A program made the translations under genes and the position numbers. From contig NC_042998.1 of the NCBI RefSeq assembly GCF_006345805.1, positions 58,776,001 through 58,840,000 of the forward strand: 64,000 bases of DNA, written 5' to 3'. This DNA is from Octopus sinensis. Taxonomy: Eukaryota. This document shows, piece by piece, positions 52,446-64,000 of the stretch; position 1 is the stretch's first letter; each line of letters opens with the position of its first letter. The notes beneath the pieces were generated by a model. That model did no database searches, had not been told where the DNA came from, and saw nothing but the letters and a program-made list of their open reading frames with translations.

Positions 52446-52925
52446 GATATATATATATATATATATTTCTAAAAGTATTTTACATAAGATTTCCGAAAGT
52501 TCGTTTAAGTTTGTTTATTTGTATTTTCAAATTAGCTATTTCATCTTTAAATATGAAAAATTAAATTTATTAGGTTTTTATTATATGTGCATATACAGTT
52601 ATTTATAGACATTATTTTAAATCTTAATTATAATATTTATATACATTTATATATTTTCATTGATAATTTATATATATTAGTCATTTTAAAATATTTATGT
52701 AATTAGATATAGAGTAATACCGATATTAGATTATGGGTGGGTTTCCTACCTTATAAATTAAAATTAATATTTAACATTATAGTCGATTTTGATATAATCA
52801 TAATTGTTAAGTTCTATGTTTCTAGTTTGATAATAGAGTTTATTATAAGTAAAATTATTATATTACGAGTATTTATATCTTTAAAATATTGTTTAGATAT
52901 TTCTGATTATATTTTAGATATTTCA

Positions 52926-52998
52926 ATCACCTGAAGATTGACTGTAACCATAACTCGAATTATTACGAATTGGACAGCCATGAAACGATCGTAGTGTT
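52926..52998 (+). ncRNA. Type I hammerhead ribozyme, partly decayed stem II
   Basis: ATCAC-CTGAAGA-TTGACTGT...ACAGCCAT-GAAAC-GATC-GTA^GTGTT; stem III ACGATCGT is a perfect palindrome. Confidence 0.6.
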
Positions 52999-53131
52999 TT
53001 AATCATTATCTTTTATTAATCTTTTAATACTTTTGATATATATTTAAAATAATTTAAATTAACTCATTTTATGTATTGGCTTAAGTTTTTCATTGTTTGA
53101 TTTGCCTAATAGTGGTTTTATCTCTAATTTA

Positions 53132-53169
<38 letters not shown>

Positions 53170-54454
53170 TATACGACGGGTTTCTTTCAGTTTCTCTCTA
53201 CCAAATCCATTGCCAAGGCTTTATCCGGCCTGCATCTATAGTAGAAGACACCTGCCGAAGATGCTAAACAGTGGGATTAAACCAGGAACCATTTAATTGT
53301 CTTTTGGTTTTTTATTTGTAGACACTTCCTCCTCACACTGTTTCCAAAAATATTGTAGTAGAAGTATAAAGAAATTGTCGGGGTCTCAGGAAATTGTCGG
53401 ATGTCATTACTATTCACACTTTGTAAGAAAGAACAGCTATGGCTGATGGCTAGTAACAGGTGACTTAGTTCTGTATAAATGCTACACTGACCAAATTCTA
53501 CCTTTTATCTCTGTTACAATTTCAACGCTTCAGATCTTATACAAAATGATTTGTGAAATGTTTCCTTCTCAGAAACGTAGCCTTCTAGAATTCTTTCTTT
53601 TCTTAAAAGAGTTCAAACTTTTCGCCAACTACATTGACCTAATGAGACTGAGAAGGCACGAAATAAACATACGCTCAGTCCTCTTGCGACTAAATTAGGA
53701 AAACAGAACTGTGGAGAAAACTTGTATTATTATCTTAAAACACCAGTAGAATATTCTACTCATATACGAGCTCCTTTTGATTCAAAATAATTGGATTAAA
53801 TGCTTTCTAGCAGCTGGATCCTTTTTATAGAACTTTTTCTGATGAACACTCTATCAACTCAATACCCGAAAACGATATTTTCTCTCTGATTTTCTTCCTT
53901 TCCCGCAATAGCGTTTCAGTCACTGATGACTCCAACCTGAATGACCCCTGTACTGGAGAAGCATGTACACTTTTCTCTTACAACTCTACAAAATTATATA
54001 TAATGACAGAGTTCTTATCTAAGCCGGTATGTTTTTCTCTCTGAAGAAACTGCTACACAACAACATGACATTCTCTTTAGGCATAAACAGCAATGTACAG
54101 ATAAAACTACCAAGTACATTAAAAACATTAAGTATTGCCACATCATATAACCTCTCATAGAAAGTATGCTTTATTCTCGATTAGAATGCTCTATAGTGAA
54201 AACTGTGTGTTCTCGTCCGGGCTTGAATATCAAACACACATGAAAAGCTGCTAAACATCAGCAAGTTTTAAATGCATCCTTTGTGCTTTTTACATATGTA
54301 AGATAGTGCACAAAGCATTCTCACACTGACACAAATACTTGAAAAATCTATAATTTTCTGTGTGTATACTCAATACTTCCTGCTCCTGCTCTTTTCTTAT
54401 CAGTTAACCTTCTTCACAGCTTTGTCACTTTCTTTGTTTCAATATTCACGTTTT

Positions 54455-54662
54455 GAAGGCGGCGAGCTGACAGAAACGTTAGCACATCGGGCGAAATGCT
54501 TAGCGGTATTTCGTTTCTCTTTATGTACTGAGTTCGAATTCCACCGAGGTTGACTTTAGCTTTCGAGGTTGATAAATTAAGTACCAGTTACGTACTGGGA
54601 TCCATCTAATCGACTTGTCCTCTCCCCCCAAATTTTGGGCCTTGTGCCTAGAGTAGAAAAGA
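54455..54662 (+). mobile_element. SINE family B, short variant
   Basis: tgaaggcggcgagctgacagaaacgttagc...gagttcgaattcc...taagtaccagttacg...ttgtgcctagagtagaaaag. Confidence 0.75.
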
Positions 54663-57508
54663 ATATTCACATTTTCCGAAATATCTTAGAGACTTACATT
54701 GCACACAGGCACACGTATACACACCAAAACATACACACACACAAACACATACACCCATTTACATGCACGAAATACACTGATACACAGACACAGACACACG
54801 CACGCACACCTATATGCAAACATATATAGAAATACATAGAGTATACAGAGGGAGAAAAAAGATTAAAGGAACATTTAGAGAGGGAAGAGCAAAAGAAAAG
54901 AGTTGAAAAGAAAAATAGGATATAAACAGACAGACACATTCATGAATAAATGCAAAGACATACAGACGCACATACATAAAGCCCAAATTTGCAACCCTGT
55001 AAGTGTGTGTGTGTTGGTCATTCTAAAAATGTCTACAGAACAATATACATAAATATACTTACATACACTCACAATACATAAATGTACTTACATACACACA
55101 CACACCCCGACACACACACACACACACACACACACCCACACACACACACACACACACACACCGACACACACACACACACACACACACACACCGACACACA
55201 CACACACACCGACACACACACACATAAATGTATGCATGTGTGTCTAAGTATGTTTGCATGTATGTATGTGTGTGCGTATATATATATATATATATATATG
55301 TATCAACATACTTAAACACACCTACCCATATATGTGATATAAGCACACATACTCACATACATATATATGTGTGTGCAAATATGTATATAAAATAGGGAGA
55401 GAACTGGGCTGTAGTCCAACTATTTTGATTTGAGTTTTATTTAGTTTCAGATTTATCTTACACCAAGCTTATATAAACCGTTATAGAAAATGTAGATTCT
55501 ATAAAACTTCAAATCTCTCCAATCAAGGGAAGTTTTGTTATAAATTAAAATTAGTTATAGATTTTGTACGTTCAAAACGACGCATATATGTTTGTCGTCA
55601 GCCTTGTTTATAGAGTGAAATCTAATTTTGGCTTCGTACCATACAAGCAGTGTTACAGAATTAGAAAAATGCAGCTCAGGTTCATGGTGATGTATTTGAA
55701 GTTGATGCAAATAAAATCAAAGAAAGTCGAGGTGACGGCTTTCTTCGATTGACCGAATGATGGTACGTAGCAGTGAATTCTTCTCAACTAGCTAACTACC
55801 TGTTAGAAGATTTTTAGTAGCAAAAAAAAAACCAAAAAAAAATACGGTATGGGAATTGTCTCGAAAGTTAGCGTCCAGACAAAAAATAATTCAAACAGTC
55901 TGGAGAATTTAAATGATTACTTTGGTAATCGAGGAAGCTGCGAAGTGCTAAATGTATTGAGATCATAAATAAAAAGAAAATTCCAACTATTTTAGATATT
56001 TCAACGTGACCTCTGTTTTCGACAAACAGTCGTAGTTCACCCAGACGATAGAATGTTTCTCTGCCGGCTCCAAGGTTCGATTGCTCATTTCCGTCATTAG
56101 CTCATTGCTAGGTGTCAGACCAAGACACCTAAGAATTTTCGTTAAACCAGTATATCAATGTTTAAGTGGGCAATATGAGAAAGTACACGTTACAATCATA
56201 GTTATTCAGTGTTTGACTCAAATTGTTTTACGTATTGACAAATAGAGTAATCAGAACGTTGAGAAGATAACTTCGACTATATTCCATCGTATACGAATAT
56301 ACGAGAAATTATCCACCACCTTTCTCACGCAGACATTCTCTCTTTCTTTTTTTCCGGCAATGACTCTGATGAAAGTGGCATTAACTTTCTTAGGTCGTTC
56401 AGTTTACCCCAATTGATCAATAGACAATTGAGTAAACCTATCTATAATGACAGCTTGAAACAGCTGTAAGCCAAATTTACTCTAATGAAGGAATTATATG
56501 TAATGAATACCATTATTTTTAACTTGTTTCTTATACACACACACAAAAACACACACACACACAAACACACACATATATAATGTGTGTGTATGTATGTATG
56601 TGTGTACGTATGTATGTAATTTATAAAAACAACGCTAAATAGGAAAGTTTGTATATAAATATTTTGTTATATTATCTTACACGCCTTTCGTTAACACAGG
56701 ATGGATATCAGTTATACGTATAATTTAAAGTATACAATCCAGTTTCATTGATAAATCTCCAGAGATGTGTAACTCACATTTGTAATTCTGCGTATATATA
56801 CTAGATTAGTGACAGTGTTGTAATCACTGGTACCTTGTAGTTTCATTTCATATAGACGGGGATACACTTGAAGTTCTAAATACTAATAATTTGTCGTACA
56901 ATTAAATTTAAATCACATTACATGTTTCTAGATATGTCAGCCAGATGGACAAGTTTTGGCTTTTATAGCATGGTGGTTTTGTAACACAAACGAGTGTGCA
57001 ACATTACTTTGAAGTAGAGATCTTGGATCTGTCTTTAGCTGGATGAGTCAATGAGAGAATATTTACCCAGTCGCTCGTTCTGCTAGAAGTACTAAATATT
57101 ATGACTGCCTCCTTTTTCTTAATATACAATATCTGTACATCACTTCAAACACTCATCACACACACACACACACACAAACACATACACACATACACCACAT
57201 CACACACACATGTATATATGTATGTGATATATTTATATATATATACCGCACGCTCACACGGACCCCGGCCTTCCGACTGCCTTGGATAACCAATTCCTGG
57301 ATTTTTACACCTACGGATTACTGTTACCATTCATCCGGAGTACGCCACTGTAACCGTGATAGGAAATCAAAAAAAATTGTCCATGACTCTTCCACTTTTC
57401 CGCGTCTTCTTTTTACCTTTCTTCTTCTACTTCCACTTTTCTACTTGTGTCGCCACCACTTACACCTACACAGACATTCACACCTTCTCAACGATCTTTC
57501 CTTTTCCT

Positions 57509-57572
57509 ATGTTTCTGACGAAGAGCTCCGCTCGAAACGTTAAATCCTCCTTCTTTCCTGAGCGTCCAATAA
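57509..57572 (+). ncRNA. Hammerhead ribozyme candidate (extra A between A9 and stem II)
   Basis: CTGACGA-A-GAGC tcc GCTC-GAAACGTT...AGCGT-C^; stem III is 5 bp, and the first stem I pair is mismatched in this copy. Confidence 0.55.
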
Positions 57573-57646
57573 TACTATACTTGTTCCACGTCCTCGCGTT
57601 GTTGTGTTTTCTCTTTGTGTCTTCATGTTTGGATTAACTATATATA

Positions 57647-57734
<88 letters not shown>

Positions 57735-57808
57735 TACATACATATATACATATATGTATGTATATATATATATATATTATATATATAATCTATCTGTCTA
57801 TCTATCTA

Positions 57809-57899
<91 letters not shown>

Positions 57900-57929
57900 G
57901 TATATATATTATATATGTGTGTGTGTGCG

Positions 57930-58259
57930 CTCTTTGAAATATTCGAGTATCCCATCCTCTGTATTTTTGGGCTGTAGCAATAATTTTCCATTCTATCTGG
58001 TATTGCTTATTCCATCTTCTTTCAATCTCCATATCATATTTGTTAGTGATGCCGCATGTTTTTTCCTTTTGTTCCTGAATGACTCAAGATGTTGTGCATA
58101 CCTTTCTTTGAACGAGTTACCCGTCATTCCGATATATGTCTTTGCTATTCCTTTGGGGTCCATAATCTTGGCCTTGTATACGAGTTCTTTCTCGAGATAG
58201 TTGCTATGTAGAGGACAGCGGTTTGGGGATCTGAAGTTGCATTGGCTTTCAAAAACCAT
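57930..58259 (-). mobile_element. Penelope-like GIY-YIG endonuclease fragment
   Basis: CNFRSPNRCPLHSNYLEKELVYKAKI...KTYIGMTGNSFKERYAQHLESFR...IWRLKE, then frameshifted IEWKIIATAQKYRG. Confidence 0.8.
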
Positions 58260-58510
58260 GCAACATCCTTATCAAATATGGTATAGACATTACAAGAAGG
58301 TGGAATAAGCAAACCCCAGCTTGAATAGAAAATTTTTGCTAAAGCCGAAAAATACAGAGGACAGGGTACCAAATGTGAACTCTGTATTACTAAAAAATTA
58401 AACATTATACTATCAGCAGATAACATCTTAAACATTAGGGATGGAACCTTCTCCCATTGCATACACAAGTAATATTTTACTCTCAAATATTTCGAAGAGT
58501 CCTTATAACC
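58260..58510 (+). mobile_element. Penelope-like GIY-YIG C-terminus, inverted relative to the neighbour
   Basis: LE*KIFAKAEKYRGQGTKCELCITKKLNII...LNIRDGTFSHCIHK is the C-x2-C...LN-x-R...C-x-H tail of PLE endonucleases. Confidence 0.7.
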
Positions 58511-58814
58511 AAGGGTAACCCTACACACACACACACACACACACACATACGCATACATATATATGTGTGTGTGTGTGTGTGTGTAAACTTAACTTTTCTC
58601 TCTTTCATTCATTTCAGCATGACTCGACTGTTTACCCCAGACACGTTTTCCCTCTATTCTTCTTTTCTCTCTCTCTGCATCTGTGTTTTCTGAAGAAAGT
58701 CGCAGGTACTTCCATTTTCCTGAGCATCAACCTAGTATATTTCGTCACTGTGTTTTCTTTATTTTGGGGGTATATACATACATACATACATTCATATATA
58801 TATATATATATGTG

Positions 58815-58849
<35 letters not shown>

Positions 58850-58998
58850 TAGTTGGATGAATTATCTTAGTATGGATAATTCGGTTAACCGATACCTGGG
58901 TAGCAAATTCACGTCAGAAAAACACGGATGAAGCTACATGCCAAGGGCAGAGATCCCGTGCTTTCGTGTGGAATTTGTGTGTTTTTTTTTTATACAAA

Positions 58999-59290
58999 TA
59001 AATGAAAGAATGTAGTTGAACGACGATTTAACAAAATTCCTTTATTCTCGACAAATGTTTCGAAGGCTGCATTTCCTAATTTCGAAGGAATAAGGGGTGC
59101 ATTATGCCGCCTTCTCATCAGGAAAAACAAGAACTTATGTCAGCATCAAGATGAACAAAAACTCTTAGATGACTGCCCACACGGAGTCCATAGCGATAAT
59201 TCCTTCGAAATTAGGAATATGCAGCCTTCGAAACATATGTCGAGAATAAAGGAATTTTGTTAAATCGTCGTTCAACTCCATTCTTTCATT

Positions 59291-59292
<2 letters not shown>
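58999..59292. repeat. Inverted repeat (about 92-bp arms) of a Penelope-pLTR-like sequence
   Basis: 58999-59090 is the reverse complement of 59199-59292, with (TA)n to the right. Confidence 0.85.
59045..59127 (-). ncRNA. Type I hammerhead ribozyme
   Basis: TTTTC-CTGATGA-GAAGGC...GCCTTC-GAAAC-ATTT-GTC^GAGAA; the partner arm reads GAAACATATGTC (perfect palindrome ACATATGT). Confidence 0.7.
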
Positions 59293-59377
<85 letters not shown>

Positions 59378-60169
59378 GTATATATACACACATATGTCTG
59401 TAAGCGAAGAGGGATTAATAATCTAAGAGTTTACCTTAGGTTGCACTTGGACTATCGGCGGCTATATGAAATTATATAATGGAAAATTTCACCCGGGGAC
59501 AGGGAGAGAAATAAGTAAATAGAGGATCGATCGTTCGATCGATCGATTGATAGATAGATAGAAAAAATTCTACTAATTGCTAAGCGTTTGTGAAACTTAA
59601 TATGCTGAATATGTTACTGTGTAAGAAATCTCGCGACACTGTGAAATTGCATTGATAAGAGCTCCTTAATTAATTATATTTTGATAACTTTTATTAATTT
59701 CGTTTTCTCGGATGATTTCTCCGAGACTATACTTTACATGATTTCATGTAACTGGATATTGTGGTTTTGAATAAGTTAATTAACAGCAGACAGTTGAGAT
59801 GTAATGAGTATGCTTGAAATCATTTCAGTAATATCAAGTATTAGTAGTGGTGGGGCTGTTCGTTGCGAGGGTGTTGTGATGGTAGAGGTGTTGCCGCTGA
59901 AGTTCAGCCTTGCTCAAGCATGTTTATGATATCAAAGGCGGGTTCCACCTATGACCATTCTATCTGTTTTCAAATATTATATGCATAGAACAATACCAAT
60001 GTCTTCTTGTTTTCTTTTTAAAGACACGAGCGTATATTGAAGAATATTCGATATCTATATCTAGCAGTACGATTGACCAGTCTCATAAATGCTGCCTCAT
60101 TGGCAAGAATGATGACGGTATTAATTGCTGTGGTGGCGATGATGGATCATAATGATGATGATGGTAATA

Positions 60170-61136
60170 GGCGGCGAGCTGGCAGAGTCGCTAGCACGCT
60201 GGACGAAATGCTTAGCGGTATTTCGTCTGCCGCTACGTTCTGAGTTCAAATTCCGCCGAGGTCGACTTTGCCTTTTATCCTTTCAGGGTCGATAAATTAA
60301 GTACCAGTTACGCACTGGAGTCGATGTAATCGACTTAAGACCTTTGTCTGTCCTTGTTGTCCCCTCTGTGTTTAGCCCCTGTGGTAATGGGGTAATAAAG
60401 AAATAGGTATTTCGTCTGCCGCTACGTTCTGAGTTCAAATTCCACCGAGGTCGACTTTGCCTTCACCTTTCAGGGTCGATAAATTAAGTACCAGTTACGC
60501 ACTGGAGTCGATGTAATCGACTTAATACCTTGTCTGTCCTTGTTTGTCCCCTCTGTGTTTAGCCCCTTGTGGGTTGTATAAAGAAATAGGTATTTCGTCT
60601 GCCGCTACGTTCTGAGTTCAAATTCCACCGAGGTCGACTTTGCCTTTTATCCTTTCAGGTCGATAAATTAAGTACCAGTTACGCACTGGGGTTGATGTAA
60701 TCGACTTAATACCTTTGTCTGTCCTGGTTTGTCACCTCTGTGTTAGACCCTTGTGTGGTAATAAAGAAAGAAAAGGTATTTCGTCTGCCGCTACGTTCTG
60801 AGTTCAAATTCCACCGAGGTCGACTTTGCCTTTCATCCTTTCAGGGTCGATAAATTAAGTACCAGTTACGCACTGGGGTTGATGTAATCGACTTAATACC
60901 TTGTCTGTCCTTGTTTGTCCCCTCTGTGTTAGCCCCTGTGGGTAATAAAGAAATAGGTATTTCGTCTGCCGCTACGTTCTGAGTTCAAATTCCGCCGAGG
61001 TCGACTTTGCCTTTCATCCTTTCAGGGTCGATAAATAAGTTAACAGTTACGCACGGGGGTCGAGTGTAATCGATTAATACTTGTTCTGTCCTTGTTTCCC
61101 CTCTGTGTTTAGCCACTTGTGGGTAATAAAGAAATA
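60170..61136 (+). mobile_element. SINE-B multimer: one head plus five bodies of about 183 bp, with 53-bp flanking direct repeat
   Basis: Bodies start at 60217, 60406, 60589, 60775 and 60956. The flanks 60117-60169 and 61137-61189 are 51/53 identical. Confidence 0.9.
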
Positions 61137-61368
61137 GGTATTAATTGCTGTGGTGGCAATGACGGATCATAATGATGATGATGGTAATAATGATGATGAT
61201 GATGACGACGATGACGGCAACGATGAATATCATTATATCGATAATGTTGTTTCTAGAGTATCTTATACTAACAAGAGCTTCTTTAACTTTTGACATTGTT
61301 ACCCGCCCTCAACTAAATAACATGAAACGTGTAAAGTTAACAGACCGGTACGAATATGAAACGAAATA

Positions 61369-61509
61369 TAAGGTTGTCCCAAAAGTTCGTAGAAAGTCTT
61401 GGAAAATAATGGTCCTTATTTTGAGGAATAATTTTTGTTGTTTTTGTTAGTACTTGGCGAGTAAAAATTCAATTTTCGCAAGTGTTTCCGAACTTTTGGG
61501 ACAACCTAA
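61369..61509. mobile_element. mariner-type MITE
   Basis: 21-bp TIRs T(A/T)AGGTTGTCCCAAAAGTTCG with a TA duplication. Confidence 0.75.
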
Positions 61510-63102
61510 TACTTATAGAGGATTTGAACTGAAAACCCACGATAGTTTATTACATTTAACTAATTGTCTCCTACATGTAATAAGATACAAACTAACTATT
61601 CTTCAACTGAGAAAGTAGATCTGTATTTTGTTCGCAACATCACTGATATTTTTTCAATGAGAAATATGCAGGTCTCGACTGAAATCTACGAAGTGAATAC
61701 AATCAATATTGACTTGTTCAAGATATGCGCAACAATTTGTATCTTTGATTGATTACACATTATCTTTTAATTATCTTAAATGTTCCAGAGTACCTCTGAA
61801 GAGTTACATCTGGTTATTTAACATTCTGCTAGTGTCTGTCCGTCTAATGACTGCTTTATCTTTTAAAGAAGATGAAAAGCACATATCACATTCAGGCTAT
61901 CAATATCCCGAAAAACAAAAAAAAAAAAAAAAAAAACCCCAATCTAATGAGAAATATAAAGATCAACATCTTCAGGAAGTAAACGATAATAGATAATATG
62001 GACAAATATTGAATAGCGCTGATTACATACACATGTGTGAGTTCCACGCCCATTGTGGGGTAGCGGCATTGCTCAAATTGTGTGTGTCTCTCTCTCTCTC
62101 TCTCTCTTTATATATATATATATATATGTATGTATGTGTGTATGTGTGTATGCGCGTGTGTGAGTGTATATGTATATAGGCGAAGTCAGCTTGATAAAGC
62201 CGACCCTCTCAAAACTATATAGGAATATTATACTGTTTAAACCTCGCACTGAACGCTCACACACCCACTAACAAATGATTTAGTTGATTTTCACTGATGA
62301 TCTTGGAATTAAGAGTTCGAATCCCCATTGTGGCACATCGAGCTATTGGATAGTTTTAGAATGTTTTATTGTTCACATCCAGATCCATGAAATCCATTAT
62401 CAAAGGATATCCAATCGCCACCATCATTTTCTTTTATCAAATACTCTATATCTAGTAGCATATTATCATCCAATGTATTCTATTTTAAGACAATAAGGTA
62501 TGATTCGAGGGAAACATTGCTGCCATTTTTGCCAGGTCGGTATGAAGATTGTATCGAGTTTTAACTAGATTCCATTGGCGGTATCATTCAGTTTCATTGT
62601 TGTGTTGTAGTGTACGTTATTTCATCAGAGAGAAATTCCAAGTTCAATTTATTCGGCAGATAGAGCCGTAGTAGATCTAAATAAAGTCTAGCGAGGGACT
62701 TACCCCTCTGCCATTTAACACATGAAGTCCACCACACAATCCACCACACACACACACACCACACACACACACACACACACCACATACAAACATACACATA
62801 TATAAAGTTCGTAGATGAGATCCAGATATTCTCCGTATATAATACACTTAGTAGTGCTCAAGAGAATTAAACTTGAGCGGATATAGAAACAAATGTAGGG
62901 ACAAGCAAGTTAGACAGATCAGTATATAAAGTATATTAAATACATGAACTGCAAAAAATGTATATATGTATACATATAAAAAAAGGTCCGACTTACACAA
63001 AATAGAAATGATATAGAAAATTAAAGGGGTGTTCCTCATCCCCTTTAATTCTCTATATCGTTTCTGTTCTGCATAAGTCGGATATTTTTTATACTTATAC
63101 GT

Positions 63103-63158
<56 letters not shown>

Positions 63159-63179
63159 TATGTATATATATATATATCA

Positions 63180-63460
63180 TGTGATCACGTGTCCGACCTG
63201 GCTACACATCGCTAGTCACAATACGCTTTGCATTGTTTTAGCCTTCAAATGACGCCACACCGCTGGCTAAGCGAGCAGGCCAAACAGAAGAAAGATTGAG
63301 AGAAAGAGTACAGCAGAGATCGCCACCACCCCCTGCTGGAGCCTCGTGGAGCTTTAGGTGTTTTCGCTCAATAAACATTCACAACGCCCGTGCTGGGAAT
63401 CGAAACCGTGATCCTACGACCGCGGGTCCATTGCCCTAACCACTGGGCCATTGCGCCTCC
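63180..63460 (-). mobile_element. SINE family D with a different 3' module
   Basis: The 5' ~165 nt match 36860-37020; the rest is unrelated to the 36632 copy. Confidence 0.75.
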
Positions 63461-63584
63461 ACACAAACACATATATCTTTTGTATTTCATGTATTTAATA
63501 TACTTTATATATTGATCTGCCTAACTTGCTATTCCTACATTTACTTATACACACAGACACACACACGCACACACACACACACAT

Positions 63585-64000
63585 GAGGTGCGTTCAAGAA
63601 GTATGCCCCCCCCCATTTGTCTCCTGTTTGTTTACTACCCGCAAGGGGCTAAACATAGAGGGGACAAACAAGGACAGACATAGGTATTAAGTCGATTACA
63701 TCGACCCCAGTGCCTCCTATCATATCTAATCCCGCGTGGACAAAACCCTTTGCGTGCATGAAATATTTTGTGCCGGTAAGCCTCAGAAGTTCTTGGCTGC
63801 AAATTGTAGAGTACAAACGTGTAGCGTACGACCATGTTTGAGGCAGTTCTACTACTCCCTGATCTGAGTTTTACCTATGGCATCTTTGCCAAAAGCCTAC
63901 TGAATCTTCTGGATGGTTTGAACTTGAGTGTCACCAAGCTTTTGGCAAAAGTTGATGCGGTATTAGTTTTGTCAAGTAAAAATAAAGTCGGGTACCACAC
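63585..64000. mobile_element. Possible mariner remnant interrupted by a truncated SINE-B (63632-63712)
   Basis: gaggtgcgttcaagaagt resembles a mariner TIR start; ccaagcttttggcaaaagttgatgc resembles antisense mariner sequence, from memory. Confidence 0.35.

Noticed and set aside
60217-61136. Tandem arrays as CRISPR
   Set aside because: Whole units repeat with no unique spacers, there are no cas genes, and the context is eukaryotic.

Overview
AT-rich, microsatellite-dense animal genomic DNA. The SINE families and repeat landscape suggest an octopus (cephalopod) genome; this is inferred from remembered repeat sequences, not from a search. The only host-gene coding sequence I can support is the last coding exon (TM7 plus C-tail) of an alpha-1-adrenergic-like GPCR on the minus strand (24865-25316). 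The TM1-6 exon is not in the window, so 25.3-64 kb is probably one large intron. The rest is transposon-derived: RTE and CR1 LINE remnants, several tRNA-headed SINE families, Helitron-, mariner-, piggyBac-, hAT- and Merlin-type non-autonomous elements, and a Penelope GIY-YIG remnant. The most striking signal is at least eight sequence-unrelated repeat families, mostly (TA)n-flanked, that each carry a type I hammerhead-ribozyme fold, most with a short palindromic stem III. One has a compensatory U3-A8 core. Three sit in 362-, 552- and 543-nt tandem or terminally redundant units, the layout expected of Penelope pseudo-LTRs or retrozyme-like circular-RNA elements. All RNA folds were derived by eye, and no activity has been tested.
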